Source: Waddliaceae bacterium
GTDB lineage: Bacteria > Chlamydiota > Chlamydiia > Chlamydiales > SLFE01
Reading direction: 5' to 3'
Assembly: GCA_963771045.1 (NCBI GenBank)
Contig: CAVYRW010000004.1
Location: 1,504,001-1,568,000, forward strand
Length of the DNA stretch: 64,000 nucleotides
The notes beneath the pieces were generated by a model. It searched no databases. It worked only from the letters and a program-made list of their open reading frames with translations, and was not told the origin of the DNA. Position numbers and translations under genes: made by a program. Shown piece after piece: positions 59,101 through 64,000 of the stretch; position 1 is the first letter of the stretch; every line of letters begins with the position of its first letter.

Positions 59101-59359
59101 CGAAGCTCAGAAGAATTCCCTCGGGTTTTTCTTTATCGATAATTTTTGTCACAATATCGTGATGGAGCGGCTGAAGGTAGACCTGGTCCGCTAAATCGCT
59201 GTCGGTCTGGACAGTGGCAATATTAGGATTGACCAAAACAGTGCGGCACCCTTCTTCCTTAACAGCCTTGATAGCCTGGGATCCCGAATAATCAAATTCA
59301 CCCGCCTGGCCGATGCGGAGTCCTCCCGAGCCCAATATGAGAATGGTTTGTTTTGTCAT
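56179..59359 (-). pseudogene. carB: Carbamoyl-phosphate synthase large chain, split by one +1 frameshift
   Basis: IGQAGEFDYSG... An extra C at about 57599-57601 turns NSNPETVSTD into NSNP*. The second half (RPSYVLSG, MGS domain) is intact. Confidence 0.92.
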
Positions 59360-60411
59360 AACGCGTTAATAAATTCCTCAAAAATCCAATCGGTGTCTGT
59401 CGGCCCCGGAGCCGCTTCGGGATGAAACTGTACAGCATAGAAGGGAAGCGACCGATGGCGCACCCCCTCGACGGTGCCGTCGTTCAAATTCCGAAAACTC
59501 ATCGTCCAATCTTTCGGAAGGGATTTTTCATCGACAGCCCATCCGTGATTTTGGCTGGTCATGTAGCATTTTTTCGTTTGCAAATCGATGCAGGGCTGGT
59601 TATGCCCTCTGTGTCCAAACGGCAATTTATAAGTTTTCGCCCCTGCCGCAAGCGAGAGAATCTGGAATCCAAGACAGATGCCGAATATCGGTTTTTTTAG
59701 TTTCATGGCCTTTTTTAAAATTTGAATCGTTTCCGTGCAAGTTTCGGGATTTCCCGGACCGTTGGAGATAAAGATACCGTCAAAATCGTCACTTAAATAG
59801 TTGTAATTGTGAGGGACATGCCGAATAGTGACATCGTATCTCTCCAGGCAGCGGAGAATGTTCATTTTCATACCGCAGTCGACGGCGACGATCCGTTTTT
59901 TTCCCTTTCCGCGAATTTGAGGCATCGGAATAGAAACTTCGGCCACGAGGTTGAGTAAACTGGGGTTGGCAAGACCTCCGGATATATCCGGCGCATCCGA
60001 TATGACCCCCAGCATGGCCCCTTTGTCTCGAATGTGTTTAGTCAGAGCCCTGGTGTCCACTCCCATTATAACCGGAATCCCTTCGCTCTCAAGCCATTCA
60101 AGAAGCGACCTTCTCCCAAGCGCATGGGACCAGTTATGGCAGATATCGCTCATGACCACCCCCGAAGGCTGGATCCGTTCCGATTCCCAATATTCGGGAT
60201 CGGGCACCCCGTAATTGCCGATCAGAGGGTAGGTGAAAATCAGGTGCTGCCCTCGATAGGAGGGGTCTGTCAGGGATTCGAAATAACCAGTCATTCCGGT
60301 CGTGAACACTACCTCGCCGCTTGCCGAGCATGCCTGCCCGGAAGGCCAGAATCCCCTTAAGGCCATGCCGTCTTCAAGAATCAAATAGGCCGGCTGTAAC
60401 TCCAATGACAT
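59356..60411 (-). CDS. carA: Carbamoyl-phosphate synthase small chain
   Basis: GEVVFTTGMTGY, TDPSY, SNGPGNP, FGICLG, SQNHG and QFHPE motifs. Confidence 0.97.
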   Translation of the reverse strand: MSLELQPAYLILEDGMALRGFWPSGQACSASGEVVFTTGMTGYFESLTDPSYRGQHLIFTYPLIGNYGVPDPEYWESERIQPSGVVMSDICHNWSHALGRRSLLEWLESEGIPVIMGVDTRALTKHIRDKGAMLGVISDAPDISGGLANPSLLNLVAEVSIPMPQIRGKGKKRIVAVDCGMKMNILRCLERYDVTIRHVPHNYNYLSDDFDGIFISNGPGNPETCTETIQILKKAMKLKKPIFGICLGFQILSLAAGAKTYKLPFGHRGHNQPCIDLQTKKCYMTSQNHGWAVDEKSLPKDWTMSFRNLNDGTVEGVRHRSLPFYAVQFHPEAAPGPTDTDWIFEEFINAL

Positions 60412-60433
60412 GTAACTTCCCCACCCGCGATAT

Positions 60434-60460
60434 AAAAAAAAGCCATCCGGTCAAGATGGC
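60434..60460 (-). terminator. Intrinsic terminator (attenuator) in the carA leader
   Basis: Minus strand gccatc-ttgaccg-gatggc followed by T8, 22 nt upstream of the carA ATG. Confidence 0.8.
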
Positions 60461-60469
60461 CCGCTGTCG

Positions 60470-60496
60470 TCAATTGATAATGTTTATCTTCCTCAT
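60470..60496 (-). CDS. Putative leader peptide MRKINIIN
   Basis: ATG 60496 to TGA 60470, between the promoter and the terminator. Weak SD (agag). Confidence 0.45.
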   Translation of the reverse strand: MRKINIIN

Positions 60497-60523
60497 TGTC
60501 TCTATATTTTTGATTTGACACTC

Positions 60524-60553
60524 AAGTTATCATCAGGCCCCGATTTTTGTAAA
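60524..60553 (-). promoter_or_regulatory. Putative sigma70-type promoter of the pyr operon
   Basis: TTTACA-N18-TAACTT with an extended TGn, on the minus strand. Confidence 0.4.
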
Positions 60554-60592
60554 TGTAAATATTGAAGCGCATGTCACAACTACGCCATGCTT

Positions 60593-60763
60593 TATAGCAG
60601 CAGTTTCCATTGGGATATTTTACAAAAAAAACCACGAGAACACAGAGGATGATTTGGGTTTTTTGAATTAGGATTTTCAAAAAAATCATAAACAAAAACC
60701 TTTTCCTGTGATCTCTTGGAACCCTTTGGTAAATAAATAATTAATATTAAGGTAGTTGCTATA
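60593..60763. repeat. Nested imperfect palindrome / MITE-like element
   Basis: Pairings tatagcagc/gttgctata, attttac/gtaaat, gaga.cacag/ctgtg.tctc and ttttttgaa/ttcaaaaaa. Confidence 0.5.
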
Positions 60764-60843
60764 TCGGGAGCTGCCGGCTTAATAAAGAAATTATTTTAAC
60801 AAAAATTTAATCATCTCTTAATCTTTAAATGCCAAAATGGTGA

Positions 60844-60910
60844 TTAAACCCGTTATTATGACTTTCAACTGTAGCGCCCACCCTCAGATTAGGTCACAAT
60901 CATGGGTTAA
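60844..60910. repeat. MITE-like element with about 17-bp TIRs
   Basis: aacccgttattatgac resembles the reverse complement of the right end, aacccatgattgtgac. The right half is shared with 36752-36774. Confidence 0.6.
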
Positions 60911-60922
60911 AAAGGAATTTTA

Positions 60923-61797
60923 ATGAATATCACAAATATTAAGTATTCCGATTTACACCAGAATCCGGGGATATCCGCAAGGGGGATCTAATTTTTACCA
61001 GGCTCGATAGAGGCATTGAATTAGATGATTCTTTTATTTTTATTCTTCAAAAGATCAACCGTCTATTTACCGGAAGTGCGGCAGCATGGATAATTCGCGT
61101 TTTGTCCATGTTGCATTGGTCACTGAAGTCGAAGGCGATAAAATTGAAATCGCCGAAGCGATGCCTGCAAAAGGAGCTCAATTGCGGAGAATCAATTTTC
61201 TCAAACACAACTCCTATACTCTCTACAAGAATGATAAATATCACTATGAAGTTTTCCGGCCGAACAGCGAATTTCGAAAATGTTGCGTTAATCAATCTGC
61301 TGAAAATCGCTAAAAAAATTACCCAACCCTCCGGCGATCTTAAAGCAGATGAACATGGCAAAAAGAAAAAGACATGATGAACACATTTTCCTTCAGGATT
61401 GCCTTAAAAGGCATGATCAAAAAGGATTTCAGACTCTCCAAAGGAGGAAAAAAGAGAGCATTCAAAGCAATCTATGACGAAAGAAAAGACAAGGGATACG
61501 CAATTGGAGGATCCAAAGTTAGACAGTTTTTCTGCTCGAGTTTTGTCGGCTACTTATTTCAGCGGGTCGTGTCTGTCGATAATTTACCCAGACCTGGAAG
61601 TTCCGCAAAATTTATCCCAAAAGAAAAGACATAAAGACGTGTCGAAGTGGTCTAAAGAAATGGCCCGAGATCAAGAGGCAGGAGATCAGATTGCTGCCGG
61701 TTTAGAAGAAAAAAAGGTTAACTTTAACTACAAATACTTGATCCCTTCTCAATTAAAAAGCCATATCGAGGACCATAGGCTATATAAAAAGGTTTAG
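60923..61797 (+). pseudogene. Permuted papain-like NlpC/P60 (YiiX/YebB-like) protein, about five frameshifts
   Basis: Segments read ..KGDLIF.., FVHVALV (His), ...QFFCSSFVGY (Cys after His) and ..LIPSQL across alternating frames. Confidence 0.7.
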
Positions 61798-61809
61798 TGC
61801 AATTTACGG

Positions 61810-62061
61810 TTAGCTATCAAGCCTATCCTGAATGTCTTTAAGCATTTTTTCTAGTTGTTTTGACGAGACGTTTTGTTTGTATGAGCTGATAATTAGCTTG
61901 AGGGAAATAAGAAAAATAGCCGTTTCAAGCAAAACATCGTGAAGGATCTTCTTAGTAAACAGTGCAAAAATAAACAGTAGCAGCGTGGAAATTGCCACTA
62001 GAAACGAAGGGAATATCCAGTAATCTCTTGAAGTTTTTTCATTATACCATAAATGTTTCAT
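61810..62061 (-). CDS. Small two-TM membrane protein
   Basis: Two hydrophobic segments and a short C-terminal coiled coil. Confidence 0.65.
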   Translation of the reverse strand: MKHLWYNEKTSRDYWIFPSFLVAISTLLLFIFALFTKKILHDVLLETAIFLISLKLIISSYKQNVSSKQLEKMLKDIQDRLDS

Positions 62062-62125
62062 TTCCGATTATAAGTCAATCATTTTCATTTACTTTTAACA
62101 CCTCCATTTCTATATTGTTTAAAAA

Positions 62126-63853
62126 ATGGAGATGAGGCTTATGAAACTGCTTAAGGGATTTTTTTTTCTATTCACGCTCTGTCTGGCTGGGAATATTCAC
62201 AGTGCTCTTTCAGGGGAAGTGGAGAACGGATTGACCTATACAATTGTTCAGGAAAACACCGATGCTACCACTATCCAATTGAATGTCAACACAGGCTTCT
62301 CTTCGGAAAACGAAATTCAGCAAGGGCTGAGTCAACTGCTTGCCTTCGCCCTTATTCAGGAAACCGAGCTTTTGAGCCGAGGCGAGATCCAGTCTCTTCT
62401 CCATGAATGCCGGCAAGACATCTCGCCCTGGGCCCATATTCAAGTCGGTCCGGACATGACGACCTTTACCTTTCGGGTGCCGCGCGACAAGGAGCAATAT
62501 CTCAAAAAAATGCTCAACTTTGTGAAGCAGGTATCCCAGCACCCCACGCTTTCCGGCAATGCTCTTGAACTGGCACGAGAGGACCTGCTGGAAATGCTGC
62601 TATCGCAAACGCCAAACGACGTCCGCGATCAGATCCTGGCTTTCATGCAGCTGCTTTTTTCTTTCACTCAAAATCAGATGATCGAGTTCTTCCATGCCCA
62701 CTACTGCCCTCATCTGATGAAGCTTATGCTTACAGGTCCTTTGGATGAATCCGAGGTTGAAGAAACCATCCTGGATATTTTCGGCCCCCTTATCAGACGC
62801 ACGGCTCCCCAAAACACTGTCAAACAATCCATCAAGCCTATGGGAAAAACCGTTGTTATCGACGGAAAGATTACAATGAACGACCCTTCATGGGCGCAAA
62901 CGCGTTGGTGGGGAACTCTTGTAGCTATTTTTTGCGGAGTTATTGCAGCCGGCTGCTTCTTTGCCGGAAGCTTCTTTCCCCCTTTAATCGCTCTTGGATT
63001 TCTTCCTCTTGGAGGAGCAGTTTATTTTTACGCTGATCCCTACCTCAAAGATCCCGTCGTCATCGAAGAGAAAAGACATGAGGACCTTCAAAAAGGGTTC
63101 CGGTATTCCTATCTCAAAAAACGGGCCGGCCGCACATTAACCCCTTTTGAGCGGCGCAGCCTCTTCATTCAGGAAAATTCCATTGCAGCCGATCCTTATC
63201 CCGAAGAGTTTCATCGTTTCGCCATCGCCGACCTCGCCGATATTTATCGAATCAACGACAAGATATTCGTCCCGATGCTCCACCCTGCAGAACAAGACAG
63301 CCTGGCGGAAATCAAACAGGCTTTTATCCTCCAAAGAAACGATATCAAGAAAGCAAAAAAAGCTTTAAATGAAGAATTGAATAAGTACCTGTCAACCCAC
63401 CAGAGCCTAAGAGATCAGAAATTGGACCTTGCGAGGCAAAACTATGAATCTCATCCCGCCGTTATCCTGATGCGGCAAATCACAGAGGAATGGGCCGATG
63501 TCATCACTGAGCTTTGGAAAGATTTCGAGAGCCGCCTGATCTCCGAAGAAGTGCTCGAAGAATACATTGATGAGGCCAATAAAACCTATGAAACGCTTCT
63601 GTCCGACCCGGAGCTTCTCGCCGGCGTGCAAGATGCCAAGGAAGCGCTCGATTATCAACAGCAAATGATTTTGAAAGATTATGAAGAGGCTGTCCAGCTA
63701 GTCAAAATGACAATCAACTACGACCAGAGAGCGGCAGTTATCGACGCGGGAAAGTGGGCCCTTTACACCCACTATAATATCGAACTCATCAACTATGTCT
63801 ACAAAATACCCGGCGATGATCCGAGCTTCCCCGACTTCCTCGATCTTCGCTAG
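62126..63853 (+). CDS. Exported protein: degenerate M16 peptidase-like N-terminal domain, TM hairpin and coiled-coil region
   Basis: ENGLTY...LNVNTGFSSE...QGLSQLLAFAL (HxxEH lost), FFHAHYCP..M.L.LTG. Hydrophobic hairpin at about aa 262-302. Confidence 0.7.
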   Translation: MEMRLMKLLKGFFFLFTLCLAGNIHSALSGEVENGLTYTIVQENTDATTIQLNVNTGFSSENEIQQGLSQLLAFALIQETELLSRGEIQSLLHECRQDISPWAHIQVGPDMTTFTFRVPRDKEQYLKKMLNFVKQVSQHPTLSGNALELAREDLLEMLLSQTPNDVRDQILAFMQLLFSFTQNQMIEFFHAHYCPHLMKLMLTGPLDESEVEETILDIFGPLIRRTAPQNTVKQSIKPMGKTVVIDGKITMNDPSWAQTRWWGTLVAIFCGVIAAGCFFAGSFFPPLIALGFLPLGGAVYFYADPYLKDPVVIEEKRHEDLQKGFRYSYLKKRAGRTLTPFERRSLFIQENSIAADPYPEEFHRFAIADLADIYRINDKIFVPMLHPAEQDSLAEIKQAFILQRNDIKKAKKALNEELNKYLSTHQSLRDQKLDLARQNYESHPAVILMRQITEEWADVITELWKDFESRLISEEVLEEYIDEANKTYETLLSDPELLAGVQDAKEALDYQQQMILKDYEEAVQLVKMTINYDQRAAVIDAGKWALYTHYNIELINYVYKIPGDDPSFPDFLDLR

Positions 63854-64000
63854 AAACTATTGTTGGAGTGGCCCAAAAAGAGTTGATTGATCAAAACAAT
63901 GAGACTGGCATTAAGCATAAAAATTAAAAAACAATGAAATATTTGGCTGCAGTCGTCTGCATTGCCGTGCAAAAAGAGATCCCTTGCATGCGAAAAAAGG

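Noticed and set aside
1..64000. CRISPR array or cas genes
   Set aside because: No regularly spaced short direct repeats and no Cas motifs. The repeats seen are IS ends, coding repeats or palindromes.

Overview
Bacterial chromosome window, most likely an environmental Chlamydiota member. This is an inference from gene content: priA with a Pro-rich upstream gene, many orphan effector-like ORFs with AT-rich promoters, and an eight-gene pyr operon with a eukaryote-type OMP decarboxylase. 0-11.6 kb holds a queuosine-precursor transporter, a large repeat protein, an LRR protein, a C45 Ntn-hydrolase and Dps, divergent from an uncharacterised four-gene operon (RLAN-RimK ATP-grasp, GCS2 ligase, formylglutamate amidohydrolase, C39-like peptidase). 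11.7-26.0 kb is a dense IS hotspot: IS256 inside IS66 inside ISAs1, a second inverted ISAs1, IS4 with a 508-bp tandem duplication, and three IS91/ISCR-like pieces. These pieces surround two beta-barrel OMP paralogues, a long hairpin, a 114-bp IS200/IS605-type mini-element, a PAS protein and a truncated LMF gene. 26-32 kb carries mutS, a prolyl oligopeptidase and an FAD monooxygenase. 32-40 kb is an island-like region of IS remnants, a membrane-anchored AAA+ protein, a lipase-domain protein and two candidate structured RNAs, ending at tRNA-Asn. 40-51 kb carries priA, a tyrosine phosphatase and a glycan-modification cluster. 51-60.5 kb is carA-carB-pyrB-pyrI-pyrC-pyrD-pyrE-pyrF with four single-base frameshifts and a leader-peptide/terminator attenuator. 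Clustered indels and exact duplications mean some features could be sequencing or assembly artefacts. All family calls are motif recognition by eye; no database searches were run.
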